63,912 nt of DNA from Thermoanaerobaculia bacterium (GCA_038245905.1 JBBRRY010000022.1:1-63912); one strand, 5' to 3'; counted from the first letter of the stretch, positions 37,718 through 47,831 are shown. Notes: generated from the sequence alone by a model not told the origin. Program-made: numbers and translations.

Positions 37718-38383
37718 TCAGCGCGCGACGGCGCCCTCGGCCGGAGCCGCCGCGGCCGACGCCTCGGGAAGCACCTCCATCACGTCGGCGAGGCCGCTCG
37801 TCTCGTCGAGACTCGCCATCAACGCGACATGACGGCGCACCGGACCATCCGCCTCGAGGCGGGAGCGCAACCGGTTCTCTCCGCGCAGGAGGAAGAGCCT
37901 CCCGTCGGCGGTGAGGAGGAGCGGCCGATGCGGTGTTCCCTCGAGCCGGCCGCCGGTCATCCCGGCGATCCCGTGCTCCATCGCACAACGCAGGCACACG
38001 AGCTCTCCCTCCACGCGCCGCACCGCGAGAGGAGACGCGGCCGCCGCCGGGGACGGAGTCCGGAATCGGACCACCGCCCAGCCCACCGCGATTCCGCAGC
38101 CCGCTGCGAAGACGATCATGACGGACCTCGGAAAGGCGCGGCGCGGCCTGGGCCCCGGAAGCATGTCGAGGCGACGGGCCAGACGACGGGCCAGCTCTTC
38201 GGGGCAACGATCCACGGGGCGGCAGGTCTTCAGCGTCTCGCGGAGCTTCCCCGCGTCTTCGCAGTGCTGGCAACACGTCGGGCATTCCTCGAAGTGCGCG
38301 AGGAGCCGCGCCGCATCCACGAGCTCCAGTTCGTCATCGTGGTACGCCTCGATCAGGAGGCTCGCCGTGCGGCAGTCCATCAT
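37718..38383 (-). CDS. Zinc-finger (zf-HC2/ZAS) anti-sigma factor with TM segment and extracytoplasmic domain
   Basis: MDC...AYHDDEL...HFEECPTC (HxxxCxxC), then a TM segment; directly follows the ECF sigma gene. Confidence 0.82.
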   Translation of the reverse strand: MMDCRTASLLIEAYHDDELELVDAARLLAHFEECPTCCQHCEDAGKLRETLKTCRPVDRCPEELARRLARRLDMLPGPRPRRAFPRSVMIVFAAGCGIAVGWAVVRFRTPSPAAAASPLAVRRVEGELVCLRCAMEHGIAGMTGGRLEGTPHRPLLLTADGRLFLLRGENRLRSRLEADGPVRRHVALMASLDETSGLADVMEVLPEASAAAAPAEGAVAR

Positions 38384-38402
38384 CCCGTCGATCCCTGAAG
38401 CG

Positions 38403-39125
38403 CTAACGTTCGCGGCGCCGGCGGTATTCCGAGAGGGTGACGGGATTTCGGACGGCCGAGGGGCGGGAAGCCTCGGGGGCTTCGGGGGCTCCGGGTCCAC
38501 TCGCGGCGAGCCGCGTCCGCGCGGGCTCCTCCGGGCCGAAATAGTGGCGGCGGCGGCCATAGTCGAGGAGCGCCGATTCGAGGAGGCGGCGGCCCCGGTA
38601 GAGACGGGACATCACGGTGCCGAGAGGCACCTCGAGGATGTCGGCCACCTCGCGGTAAGAGAAGTCCTGCAGGTCGACGAGCTCGACGACGAGCCGAAAG
38701 TCCTCGGGCAGGGCGGCAAGTGCCGCGGCGACTCCCCGGTCGATCGTCGCCGCAAGGAGGCCTTCCTCCGGCGTCTGGTCCTTGCCGCCCTCCGGAGCCT
38801 TCGACCGTACGGCATCGAAGGCTTCGTCCCCCCCGGCGCCGAGATCGACCTCCTTCGGCCCGGCCTTCACGCGCCGATACCCGTTGATGAAAGCGTTCTT
38901 GAGGATCCGAAACAGCCACGCCTTCAGGTTCGTGCCCTCGGTGAATCCGTCGTAGTGCGCGTACGCCTTGAGGAAGGTCTCCTGGAGGAGGTCTTCGGCA
39001 TCCTGCCGGTTCCGCGTCAACCGGAGCGCGGATCCGTAAAGGGCGTCCGCGTACGGAAGCTCCCCGCTCCGGAAGTTCCAGGCGGTCGGGGCCGGTGAAG
39101 GCTTGGGATGTGACGAAGCGGCCAT
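38403..39125 (-). CDS. ECF sigma-70 factor (SigR/SigH-like)
   Basis: [40 protein letters not shown] and [24 protein letters not shown]. Confidence 0.92.
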   Translation of the reverse strand: MAASSHPKPSPAPTAWNFRSGELPYADALYGSALRLTRNRQDAEDLLQETFLKAYAHYDGFTEGTNLKAWLFRILKNAFINGYRRVKAGPKEVDLGAGGDEAFDAVRSKAPEGGKDQTPEEGLLAATIDRGVAAALAALPEDFRLVVELVDLQDFSYREVADILEVPLGTVMSRLYRGRRLLESALLDYGRRRHYFGPEEPARTRLAASGPGAPEAPEASRPSAVRNPVTLSEYRRRRER

Positions 39126-39188
39126 ATCGAGAGTTCCACCCTTCCCCATGCAATACGCAAACCCGGGTGCTCCGGCTTCGCCTCGCCG

Positions 39189-39223
39189 AAAAGAAAAGCG
39201 GCCCCCATCAACCAAGGGCCGCT
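39189..39223 (-). terminator. Intrinsic terminator of the nuo-atp transcript
   Basis: AGCGGCCC/GGGCCGCT stem followed by TTTTCTTT on the minus strand. Confidence 0.75.
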
Positions 39224-39245
39224 CATCTCTTTGAGAAGAAAGACT

Positions 39246-39563
39246 TTACTTGCCGTTGATGACGAAGGCGATGACGAGCGCGTAGATGACGAGCGACTCG
39301 ATGAGGACGAGTGCCAGGAATGCCATCGCGCGAATCGAGGCGCCCGCGCCGGGATTCCGCGCGATTCCTTCACAGGCCGCGACGGCCGTGCGGCCCTGCG
39401 AGAGTGCGCCGCCGAAGGCGGCGAGACCGATCGCGATCGCCGCGGAGAGGTGGCCCCAACCGGCGCCGCCACCGGTCTTCACGGCGTCCTGGGCGAGGGC
39501 GAGATTCGGGAGCAGGAGGGCGAGCGCCGTGAGGGCGCCGCCCGGGAGGATTCTCTTCAACAT
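39246..39563 (-). CDS. atpE: F0F1 ATP synthase subunit c
   Basis: AIGLAAFGG, ARNP loop and IESLVIY; GGAG SD. Confidence 0.93.
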   Translation of the reverse strand: MLKRILPGGALTALALLLPNLALAQDAVKTGGGAGWGHLSAAIAIGLAAFGGALSQGRTAVAACEGIARNPGAGASIRAMAFLALVLIESLVIYALVIAFVINGK

Positions 39564-39606
39564 GTCGGGAGCTCCTTTCGTGATCGAAAAAATCGACTTC
39601 GTGCTC

Positions 39607-40401
39607 TCAATGCTCGTGGGCGGTGGCGCCGCCCAGATAGACGGTGGTCAGAAGCGTGAAGACGTAGGCCTGCAAGAGCGCCGTGAAGAGGCCGAGCGCC
39701 ATCATGGGCCACGGAACGACGATCGGGACGAGGCCCGCGAAGATGCTGCCGGCGGTGTGCTCGCCGAAGATGTTTCCATAGAGACGCATCGAAAGCGACA
39801 GCGCGCGCGCGAAGTTCCCGATCATCTCGATGAGGAACATGAGCGGCGCGAGCACGAGCATCGGGCCGAGGAAATGCTTGAGGTAGCCGAGGAGCCCGTG
39901 CTCCTTGATGCCGGCGGCGTTGTAGAGGAAAAAGCACGTGATCGACAGCGCGAACGTCACGTTCAGGTTCGCCGTCGGAGGCTGCAGGAAGAAGAAGAGC
40001 CCACAGAAGTTGCTCAGGAAGATGAAGAAGAAGAACGTCCCGGCGATCGGAAGGTACTTCTCGCCGTGATGAGGGATGTTCTCCTTGATGAGGTCGCGGA
40101 GAAAATCCACGAAGACCTCGAGGACGTTCTGCGCTCCTCCTGGAGCGTCCTTGCGGTAGCTTCGCGACACGAAAAACGAAAACAGGGCGCAAAAAAGGAA
40201 GACGACGAGGGCCATCGCGATGTGATCCGGAATCCAGCCCAGGAGCTCGCCGTGCTCTCCTCGAGGCGCGATGCCACCCACGTGGAAGCCGCCGAGCGCG
40301 ACGCCGTCCCGCCACCAGGACGGGGCGTTTTCGACGGAGCCGAACAGGCGGGTCAGGAGGGCGTTGAAGAGCCCGAAGAAGATCGAATGTTCGTGGTGCA
40401 C
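39607..40401 (-). CDS. atpB: F0F1 ATP synthase subunit a
   Basis: PPTANLNVT, SLSMRLYGNI and LQAYVFTLL. Confidence 0.95.
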   Translation of the reverse strand: MHHEHSIFFGLFNALLTRLFGSVENAPSWWRDGVALGGFHVGGIAPRGEHGELLGWIPDHIAMALVVFLFCALFSFFVSRSYRKDAPGGAQNVLEVFVDFLRDLIKENIPHHGEKYLPIAGTFFFFIFLSNFCGLFFFLQPPTANLNVTFALSITCFFLYNAAGIKEHGLLGYLKHFLGPMLVLAPLMFLIEMIGNFARALSLSMRLYGNIFGEHTAGSIFAGLVPIVVPWPMMALGLFTALLQAYVFTLLTTVYLGGATAHEH

Positions 40402-40414
40402 GTCGTCCCCACCC

Positions 40415-40843
40415 TCACTGAGCCGAACCCGTCCCGCTCCGGCGGCCGGTCAGGAGTGCGAGGAGCCCGTCGATCACCAACGCGGCGACCACTGTCGAGA
40501 GGCCCACGACCACCCACCGGACGTCGGCCGGCAGCATTCGCAGGCCCCCCCACAGGGCAAGACCGACGAAGGCGTACCGAAGAACGGCCCTAAGCCCGAA
40601 TTTCCAGTCAAATCCGGCTGGCGCAACCTCCTCGGGCGCTTTGAAGCGGCCGACGAGATCCGACAGCCAGAGCGCGGAGACGATAGCCACCGAGGCCCCG
40701 AGAGTCAAGGCGAGGGCGGCCTGAAAGCGGCCACAGACGGCCAGCGAGGTGGCGCCCAGCAGGCCCAGAATCGTCGCCAGCCGGAAGAGATGCCCGTTGG
40801 ACCAACGGGTGGCCGAAACGGTCTCCCGGGCTACGTCCGTCAC
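40415..40843 (-). CDS. atpI: ATP synthase protein I
   Basis: Four-TM protein directly upstream of atpB. Confidence 0.7.
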   Translation of the reverse strand: MTDVARETVSATRWSNGHLFRLATILGLLGATSLAVCGRFQAALALTLGASVAIVSALWLSDLVGRFKAPEEVAPAGFDWKFGLRAVLRYAFVGLALWGGLRMLPADVRWVVVGLSTVVAALVIDGLLALLTGRRSGTGSAQ

Positions 40844-41085
40844 TTCCGGGGACCCCGGCCCTCGTCCGAAAGCGCCCCGGACTCACGGTAGATCTGCCGG
40901 AGCCCGGCCACGAGGCCGAGAATCCCGAGTGCGGCCGTCAGCACCGGGAAGATGCCGAAGAGCCGGTCGCCCAGGTATCCGAGCCCCGCCCCAGCCGCGA
41001 TCGCCCCGGGGAGAACCCATCCGAACGTCAGGACGTCGCCGATGAACCGGCGGGATCCCGGATCATCGGGAGGATCGCCGCTCAC
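40840..41085 (-). CDS. atpZ: AtpZ/AtpI-family two-TM protein
   Basis: GAGLGYLGDRLFGIFP...G.LGLVAG. The GTG start overlaps the nuoN stop (GTGA). Confidence 0.75.
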   Translation of the reverse strand: MSGDPPDDPGSRRFIGDVLTFGWVLPGAIAAGAGLGYLGDRLFGIFPVLTAALGILGLVAGLRQIYRESGALSDEGRGPRK

Positions 41086-42545
41086 GGCCCGAAGGGCAAG
41101 AGACACGTCCGGGCGAACTGCACGAAGGGCCCGGGCAGAATTCCCATGGCCAGCGTGCCGGCCGCACAGAGCGCGATCGCCGCCGTCACGGCGGGCTCCT
41201 CGCGCCAATGGAGCGTCCCTTCGCCGTCCACGAGGTACATCGCGCGGGCGATCCGGAAATAATAGAAAAACGAGACGGCCGACATGAGCACCGCGAGGAG
41301 CGCGAGCCAGAACCAACCGGCCTTCATCGCCGCCGAGAAGAGGAAGTATTTCCCCACGAAGCCCGCCGTCGGCGGGATTCCGGCGAGCGACAGCAGGAAG
41401 ACGAGCATCGCCGCGGCCAGCCAGGGGTTCTTCTTCGCGAGCCCGTTGAAGTCGTCCACGCTCTCGCCGGCGTACCCCTTCGCTTCGAGGAGGATGACGA
41501 GGCCGAACGCCCCGAGGTTCATGAACGCGTACGCGAGAAGATAGACGAGGACCGACCACAGCCCGATCCCGCTCTTGTCTCCGTACGCCAGGAAGCCGAG
41601 AAGGGCATAGCCCGCGTGTCCGATGGACGAATACCCGAGCAGCCGCTTCACGTTCGTCTGCATGAGGGCACCCACGTTCCCGACGATCATCGTGAGGGCC
41701 GCCGACGCCGCGACGATCGCCGTCCAGTCCCCGGCACGCGGGCCGAACCCCACGAAGAAGATGCGGGCGAAAATCGCGTAGGCCGCGAGCTTCGGCCCGA
41801 CCGCGAAGAATGCGGAGATCGGCGTCGGCGCGCCCTCGTAAACGTCGGGCGCCCACACGTGGAAGGGCGCGGACGCGATCTTGAAGAACATCCCGCAGGC
41901 GACGAGGATGATTCCGACGACGAGGAATGCCGGTGGCGCTGGCTTCGCGAACGCCGTGGCGATCCCCGCGAGAGAGAGCGTCCCCGCGGCGCCGTAGACG
42001 AGGGAGACGCCGTACAAAAGGACGCCCGACGAGAACGCCCCGAGGACGAAGTACTTCGCGGCGGCTTCGAGGGACTTCGTCTCACGCTTGAAGTAGCCCG
42101 CGAGGACGTACTGCGAGAGCGCCATCAGCTCGAGGGCCACGACAATCGAGGCCAGGTGCGTGCCCGAGGCCATGAAGAGCATGCCGACGGTCGCGAAGAG
42201 AAGCAGGCCGTAGTACTCGCCGCCCGGATAGGACGCCGCGCCGATGAAACGCAGCGAGAACAGAATCGTCACGATCGACACGAGGATCAGGATCGCCTTG
42301 AAGTAAAGGCCGAAGCGGTCCATCACGAACATGCCGCCGAACCCGCTGCGCGGCAGCGCTCCAGCCATCCGCGCGGAGACGAAGAGCAGGAGCCCCGTCA
42401 CGGCGAGCGCGCCAACCGAGAAGAAGGCGAGACCGCGTTCTCCCTCGCGGCTGACGGCCGTCGCCCAGAGGAGGACGACGAGCGCCGCCACCGTCAGGAA
42501 GAGCTCCGGCAGAATCAGGAGCGTGTCGCCCGCGGGGAATGGCAC
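41082..42545 (-). CDS. nuoN: NADH-quinone oxidoreductase subunit N
   Basis: EAAAKYFVLG, FKIASAPFHVWAPDVYEGAPTP and KRLLGYSSI. Confidence 0.95.
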   Translation of the reverse strand: MPFPAGDTLLILPELFLTVAALVVLLWATAVSREGERGLAFFSVGALAVTGLLLFVSARMAGALPRSGFGGMFVMDRFGLYFKAILILVSIVTILFSLRFIGAASYPGGEYYGLLLFATVGMLFMASGTHLASIVVALELMALSQYVLAGYFKRETKSLEAAAKYFVLGAFSSGVLLYGVSLVYGAAGTLSLAGIATAFAKPAPPAFLVVGIILVACGMFFKIASAPFHVWAPDVYEGAPTPISAFFAVGPKLAAYAIFARIFFVGFGPRAGDWTAIVAASAALTMIVGNVGALMQTNVKRLLGYSSIGHAGYALLGFLAYGDKSGIGLWSVLVYLLAYAFMNLGAFGLVILLEAKGYAGESVDDFNGLAKKNPWLAAAMLVFLLSLAGIPPTAGFVGKYFLFSAAMKAGWFWLALLAVLMSAVSFFYYFRIARAMYLVDGEGTLHWREEPAVTAAIALCAAGTLAMGILPGPFVQFARTCLLPFGP

Positions 42546-42548
42546 GGC

Positions 42549-44210
42549 CTACTTGACCTCCGGTACGGCCACAGCGGCGGGCACGGGCGCCATGGGGACG
42601 GCCACGGCCGGCGGCGACGACGGAGGCGCCATCGACGCGAGGCGCGCGGCGGCTTCCTGGGCCGCCCGGCGGAGGTGCGGCGCCGAGACGGCCGCCACGA
42701 TCTTCTCGGCCGACTTGGCCGTCATCTCGAAGAACGGCTTCGGATAAAGGCCGATCCAGAAGCACATCGCGATGAGGGGCGCGAGCGTGAGGATCTCGCG
42801 GAGGTTGACATCCTGGAGGCCCTTGTTTTTTTCGTTTGTCAGCTCGCCGAAGAACACGCGCTGGTAGAGCCAGAGCATGTAGGCCGCGCCGAGGATGACG
42901 CCGAGGCTCGCCCATGCGGCCCAGTACCAGTTCGCGAGGAACACGCCCATCAGGATCGTGAACTCGCCCACGAACCCGTTCAGGAGCGGGAGGCCGATCG
43001 ACGCGAGAAGGATGACCATGAAGAGCATCGCGTAGACGGGCATGACGCCCGAGAGGCCGCCGTAGTCCGCGATCATGCGGGTATGCGTCCTCTCGTACAC
43101 GATCCCGACGAGAAGGAAGAGTCCGCCCGTCGAGAGCCCGTGGTTGATCGACTGGAGGATGCCGCCCTGGATGCCCGCGTTGTTGAGGGCGAAGAGGCCC
43201 AGCATGACGAAGCCGAGGTGCGCGACCGACGAGTACGCGACGAGCTTCTTCATGTCTTTCTGGACCATCGCGACCAGCGAGCCGTAGATGATGCCGACGA
43301 TCGAGAGGGCCGCGACCCAGCCGACCGACGTAAGCCCGAGGAACCGCGCGTTCGAGGCGAGAGCGTCGGGGCAGAGCGGAAGCGAGAACCGGAGGAACCC
43401 GTACGTCCCCATTTTCAGGAGGACGCCCGCGAGGATGACCGAGCCCGCCGTGGGCGCCTCCACGTGCGCGTCGGGCAGCCAGGTGTGGAACGGGAACATC
43501 GGCACCTTGATCGCGAACCCCACGAAGAACGCCCAGAAGAGCCAGAGCTGGAGATCCGGCGGAATCGACGAGGCGATCGTCTGGAAATGGACGATGTCGA
43601 ACGTCGCGGGATTCCCGAGGCCCTTCCACCACAGAAAACCGGACGTGTTGAAGAAGTAGAGCGCGATGATCGCGAGCAGCATGACGACCGAGCCCGCGAG
43701 CGTGTAGAGGAAGAACTTGATCGCCGCGTAAAGCCTGCGGGGGCCGCCCCAGATCCCGATCAGGAAGTACATCGGCACGAGCATGACTTCCCAGAACACG
43801 TAAAAGAGGAAGAAGTCGAGTGCGCAGAAGACGCCCACCATCCCGGTCTCGAGAAGGAGCAGAAATACGTAGTACTCCTTCTCCCGCTTCGTGATCGCCG
43901 AGAACGACGCGTAGACCGAGATGAAGGAGAGAAGAGTCGTCAGGAGGATCAGAAGCGCCGAAATGCCATCCACGCCGAGGGAGTACTTCGCGCCGAGGGA
44001 CGGGATCCAGTCGTGCGTCTCGCGGAAGAAGAAATCTCCGGACTTGCGGAAGCCCGCGAAAGTCCAGAGGGGAAGCGACAGCAGGAACTCGGCGCCCGCG
44101 AAGAGCGTCGTGACCCACCTCACCACGGAGGGTCTCTCGCGCGGCACGAAGAGCACGACGAGCGTGCCGACGACCGGCAGGAAAATCAGGAGCGACAGGA
44201 GTCCGTTCAT
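42549..44210 (-). CDS. nuoM: NADH-quinone oxidoreductase subunit M
   Basis: FWEVMLVPMY, KVPMFPFHTWLPDAHVEAPT and LLKMGTYG. Confidence 0.95.
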   Translation of the reverse strand: MNGLLSLLIFLPVVGTLVVLFVPRERPSVVRWVTTLFAGAEFLLSLPLWTFAGFRKSGDFFFRETHDWIPSLGAKYSLGVDGISALLILLTTLLSFISVYASFSAITKREKEYYVFLLLLETGMVGVFCALDFFLFYVFWEVMLVPMYFLIGIWGGPRRLYAAIKFFLYTLAGSVVMLLAIIALYFFNTSGFLWWKGLGNPATFDIVHFQTIASSIPPDLQLWLFWAFFVGFAIKVPMFPFHTWLPDAHVEAPTAGSVILAGVLLKMGTYGFLRFSLPLCPDALASNARFLGLTSVGWVAALSIVGIIYGSLVAMVQKDMKKLVAYSSVAHLGFVMLGLFALNNAGIQGGILQSINHGLSTGGLFLLVGIVYERTHTRMIADYGGLSGVMPVYAMLFMVILLASIGLPLLNGFVGEFTILMGVFLANWYWAAWASLGVILGAAYMLWLYQRVFFGELTNEKNKGLQDVNLREILTLAPLIAMCFWIGLYPKPFFEMTAKSAEKIVAAVSAPHLRRAAQEAAARLASMAPPSSPPAVAVPMAPVPAAVAVPEVK

Positions 44211-44220
44211 TCGCCGTCCT

Positions 44221-46443
44221 TCACTTCAGGAGGAGATAGAGGCACACGAAGCCGAAAATGCCGACGGCCATCGTCAGCGCATAGTTCTGGGTACGGCCGG
44301 TCTGGACGCGGTGCATCCCGCGAAACGCGGCCTGGAACATGTTTCCGACGCCGTTCACCGCGCCGTCCACGAACGTGCGGTCGAACCACGCGGACACGTG
44401 GGAGAAACCGAGCGCGAGGCTGGCAGCCCCGTTCGGAATGAGGTCGACGACGCGGGCGTCGATCTCCCAGAGGAGGCGTCCGCCCTTCTTGATGAGCCCG
44501 TTCACGAAGACGGCCTCGTAGAGCTCGTCCACGCGGTACTTGTCGCGGACGAGGCGGTAGAACCCGCCCAGGGACGCGGCGATCCGCTCCGGGATCGGGA
44601 AGGGGTACTCCCCGTCGTAGAACGTCCAGGCGAGGACGATCCCGAGGGCGGCGACGCCCACGGACGTCAGCATGAGCGTCAGCTCGGTCGCATGGGACAT
44701 CTCGTGCGCCTCGGCGACCCAGTCCGCCGGCAGGAGCACGAGGACCGGCTTGATGAACCGGTCGAAGGCGTGCTCCGTCCCGAGGAGGAACTTCGGGATC
44801 CCGAACCACCCGACGACGGCGGCGCCCGCCGCGAGGATCCAGAGCGGCCCGGTCATCGAGGGCGGCGACTCGTGGACGTGCCTGAGCTGCTCGGCCGTCC
44901 CACGGAACGTCCCGTAGAAGGTCATCTTGATGAGGCGGAACATGTAGAAGGCCGTGAGCCCGGCCGTCAGGACGGCGAGCGCCCAGAGAACCCTGTAGCC
45001 GGCGCCCCACGTCTCGGCGAGAATCGCGTCCTTGCTGAAGAATCCCGAGAAGCCGGGAAAGCCCGCGATCGCGAGCGTCGCGACGAACATCGTGACGAAC
45101 GTGTGCGGGATGAGCTTCCGGAGCCCGCCCATTTTCGTCATGTCCTGCTCGCCCCCGAGCGCGTGGATCACGGAACCCGCGCCGAGGAAGAGGCACGCCT
45201 TGAACCACGCGTGCGTGAAGACATGGAACATTCCCGCCGAGAAGGCGAGCGAGCCGCAGGCGAGGAACATATACCCGAGCTGAGAGACCGTCGAGTACGC
45301 GAGGACCTTCTTGATGTCGGTCTGAGCGAGGGCCATCGTGGCCGCGAAGAGCGCCGTCGCGCCCCCGATGAGAGCGACGATGAAGGACGCGTCGTGCGTC
45401 ACGAGGCCCCAGACGGTGGCGTGCTCGCCGAGCGTCAGACGCGCCCATTCGTGCGAGATGCGGTAGAAGACGTTGCACCGCACGACCATGTAGACGCCCG
45501 CCGTGACCATCGTCGCGGCGTGAATGAGCGCGGAGACGGGCGTCGGACCGGCCATCGCGTCCGGGAGCCATACGTATAAAGGAATCTGAGCGCTCTTGCC
45601 GGTGGCGCCGATGAAGAGCGCGAGGCAGACCGCCGTCATGAGCCCGCCGGCCGCGTACTTCGCCGGGTCGGCCGCCGCGAGGGCGAACATCGCGCCGAAG
45701 TCCGTCGTCCCGAAGAGCGCGAAGCACCCGAGGATCCCGAGGACGAAGCCGAAGTCGCCAATCCGGTTCACGACGAACGCCTTCTTGCCGGCGTCCGCGG
45801 CGTAGTCCTTGTTCCAGTAGAAGCCGATGAGGAGGTACGAGCAGAGGCCCACGCCCTCCCATCCCACGAACATGATCGGGAGGCTCGCCCCGAGGACGAG
45901 CGTGAGCATCGAGAACATGAAGAGATTCAGGTACGAGAAGTAGCGGCCTAACCCGGGGTCGTGCCCCATGTATCCCACCGAGTAGACGTGGATGAGCGAC
46001 CCGATAAACGTGACGAACCCGATCATGAGCGCCGAGAGGGCGTCGAGCCGGAACGCGGCGTTCACGACGATCTCCTTGCCGCCAAACCATGTCGGGTTCG
46101 CGCCGAGCGGCATCCAGGTCCACAGGGTCGCGACGACTCCCGTCTGGCCGTGCGTCTCGCCCCACCACAGGAAGATCGCGGCGAAGGCGGCGACGCACGA
46201 CAAGATCGACGCCGCCGGGCCGATGACGGCGTGGGCGGCCGCGAACGGAATCTCGTGGTGTTCCCCGTGTCCGGCATCGTCATGCGCGGCGTGCCCGGAT
46301 TCGGCATGGCCGTCCCCGTGCGGGCCCTTCGGGGCGTCCTTGCCGCCGAGCTTCGCGTGCGAGGCGAGGTACAAAAGCCCGTTCACGAGGAACCCGATCA
46401 GGGGGAAGACCGGGATCCACGGCAGGATGGCGGCGGCTGTCAC
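44221..46443 (-). CDS. nuoL: NADH-quinone oxidoreductase subunit L
   Basis: GWEGVGLCSY, NRIGD and GKSAQIPLYVWLPDAMAGPTPVSALIHAATMV. Confidence 0.95.
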   Translation of the reverse strand: MTAAAILPWIPVFPLIGFLVNGLLYLASHAKLGGKDAPKGPHGDGHAESGHAAHDDAGHGEHHEIPFAAAHAVIGPAASILSCVAAFAAIFLWWGETHGQTGVVATLWTWMPLGANPTWFGGKEIVVNAAFRLDALSALMIGFVTFIGSLIHVYSVGYMGHDPGLGRYFSYLNLFMFSMLTLVLGASLPIMFVGWEGVGLCSYLLIGFYWNKDYAADAGKKAFVVNRIGDFGFVLGILGCFALFGTTDFGAMFALAAADPAKYAAGGLMTAVCLALFIGATGKSAQIPLYVWLPDAMAGPTPVSALIHAATMVTAGVYMVVRCNVFYRISHEWARLTLGEHATVWGLVTHDASFIVALIGGATALFAATMALAQTDIKKVLAYSTVSQLGYMFLACGSLAFSAGMFHVFTHAWFKACLFLGAGSVIHALGGEQDMTKMGGLRKLIPHTFVTMFVATLAIAGFPGFSGFFSKDAILAETWGAGYRVLWALAVLTAGLTAFYMFRLIKMTFYGTFRGTAEQLRHVHESPPSMTGPLWILAAGAAVVGWFGIPKFLLGTEHAFDRFIKPVLVLLPADWVAEAHEMSHATELTLMLTSVGVAALGIVLAWTFYDGEYPFPIPERIAASLGGFYRLVRDKYRVDELYEAVFVNGLIKKGGRLLWEIDARVVDLIPNGAASLALGFSHVSAWFDRTFVDGAVNGVGNMFQAAFRGMHRVQTGRTQNYALTMAVGIFGFVCLYLLLK

Positions 46444-46447
46444 GCGG

Positions 46448-46750
46448 CTATCCGTTCAGCTCGGCCGCGTCGTCGAGGTTCACGGACCCCTTGAGGCGGT
46501 ACATCGAGATGATGATCGCGAGGCCGATCGCGGCCTCGCCGGCAGCGAGCGTGATGACGAAAACCGCGAACAGCTGCCCGTTGAGGTCGCCGAGCTGGCG
46601 CGAGAACGCGACGAGATTCAAGTTCGCGGCGTTGAGGATGAGCTCGATCGACATGAGCACCGTCAGAAGATTCCGGCGTACGAGGACGCCCGTGACGCCG
46701 ATCGCGAACAGCAGGAAGGAGAGAGCGACGTAGTGCGTGACGCCGATCAT
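46448..46750 (-). CDS. nuoK: NADH-quinone oxidoreductase subunit K
   Basis: RRNL...MSIELILNA and AAGEAAIGLA. Confidence 0.95.
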   Translation of the reverse strand: MIGVTHYVALSFLLFAIGVTGVLVRRNLLTVLMSIELILNAANLNLVAFSRQLGDLNGQLFAVFVITLAAGEAAIGLAIIISMYRLKGSVNLDDAAELNG

Positions 46751-47355
46751 CAGTCCACGCGGTCCATGGTCCGCTTGCCCAGCACGACCGCGCCGATCAT
46801 CGCGACGAGCAGGAACACCGACGCCACCTCGAAGGGCAACAGGTAGTCCCGGTAGAGGCCCCAGGCCACCGCCTGGCTGTTTCCGATCACGATTTCCGTG
46901 ACGGGCGTCGAGACCTTCTTTCCGTCCTCGACCCGGGTCACGGTCCGCGTGATCGATGTCGTCTGGAGGCGGGCCGGGTCGGCGAGGTCGCCCGCGCCGG
47001 AGAGCCCGCGTACGCGGGACGAGGCCACGACGGTCCCGCCCACGATCGCGAGCAGGAGAAAGCCCGCGAGGAGTCCCGCGCCGCCCTGCGTGTGGATGTA
47101 GGGCTCGCCCGCCGCGCGCCTCACGTTGACGAGCATGATCGTGAACAGGAACAGGACCATGATGCCGCCCGCGTAGACGAGGATCTGCACGGCGGCAAGG
47201 AACTCCGCGTGTGCGATCACGAAAAGCCCCGCGACGCCGAGGAAAGACAGGAGGAGGCAGATCGCCGAGTGGACCGGCTGCCGCATCGCGACGACGCCGA
47301 CGGCTCCCGCCGTGACGATCGCGGCGAACAGCCAGAAGATGAAAGGCTCTCCCAC
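46750..47355 (-). CDS. nuoJ: NADH-quinone oxidoreductase subunit J
   Basis: AEFLAAVQILVYAGGIMVLFLF and YLLPFEVAS; GTG 47355 with a GGGGAG SD. Confidence 0.92.
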   Translation of the reverse strand: MGEPFIFWLFAAIVTAGAVGVVAMRQPVHSAICLLLSFLGVAGLFVIAHAEFLAAVQILVYAGGIMVLFLFTIMLVNVRRAAGEPYIHTQGGAGLLAGFLLLAIVGGTVVASSRVRGLSGAGDLADPARLQTTSITRTVTRVEDGKKVSTPVTEIVIGNSQAVAWGLYRDYLLPFEVASVFLLVAMIGAVVLGKRTMDRVD

Positions 47356-47360
47356 TCCGG

Positions 47361-47831
47361 TTACTCCCCCTTCTCCACGATCGTGAACGGCTTGACGTTG
47401 TGGTCCCACTTCGTGAGCTTGCGGATGTCGAGATAAAGGGCGTCGTCCCTCTCGTACGTTCCGAGCTCGTACGTCTTCGTCTTCAGCCAGATCGACTTCG
47501 GGTTCGTCGGGCAGGCGTCCTCGCAAAGACCGCAGAACATGCAGCGTTTGAGGTCGAGATCGAATCGGTCGAGGACCTTCTCGTTCTTGCCGAGCTCGTT
47601 CTTCTCGTTGTGCCAGTCGATGAAGATGATGTTGATCGGGCATTCGATCGCGCAGAGCGTGCATTTGATGCAGCGCTCCTCGTCGAGCCGGAACATTCCG
47701 CGAAAGCGGTCGCTGGGCTCCCGTGCCTGCTCCGGGTACTCGACCGTGTCGGCCTTCTTGAACAGGTGCTTCCCCGTCGTCCGGAGCCCCGTGAAGATGT
47801 CGAGAAGAAGGACGCTGTCCCAGAAGCTCAT
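47361..47831 (-). CDS. nuoI: NADH-quinone oxidoreductase subunit I
   Basis: Two 4Fe-4S motifs, CIKCTLCAIECP and CMFCGLCEDACP. Confidence 0.93.
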   Translation of the reverse strand: MSFWDSVLLLDIFTGLRTTGKHLFKKADTVEYPEQAREPSDRFRGMFRLDEERCIKCTLCAIECPINIIFIDWHNEKNELGKNEKVLDRFDLDLKRCMFCGLCEDACPTNPKSIWLKTKTYELGTYERDDALYLDIRKLTKWDHNVKPFTIVEKGE

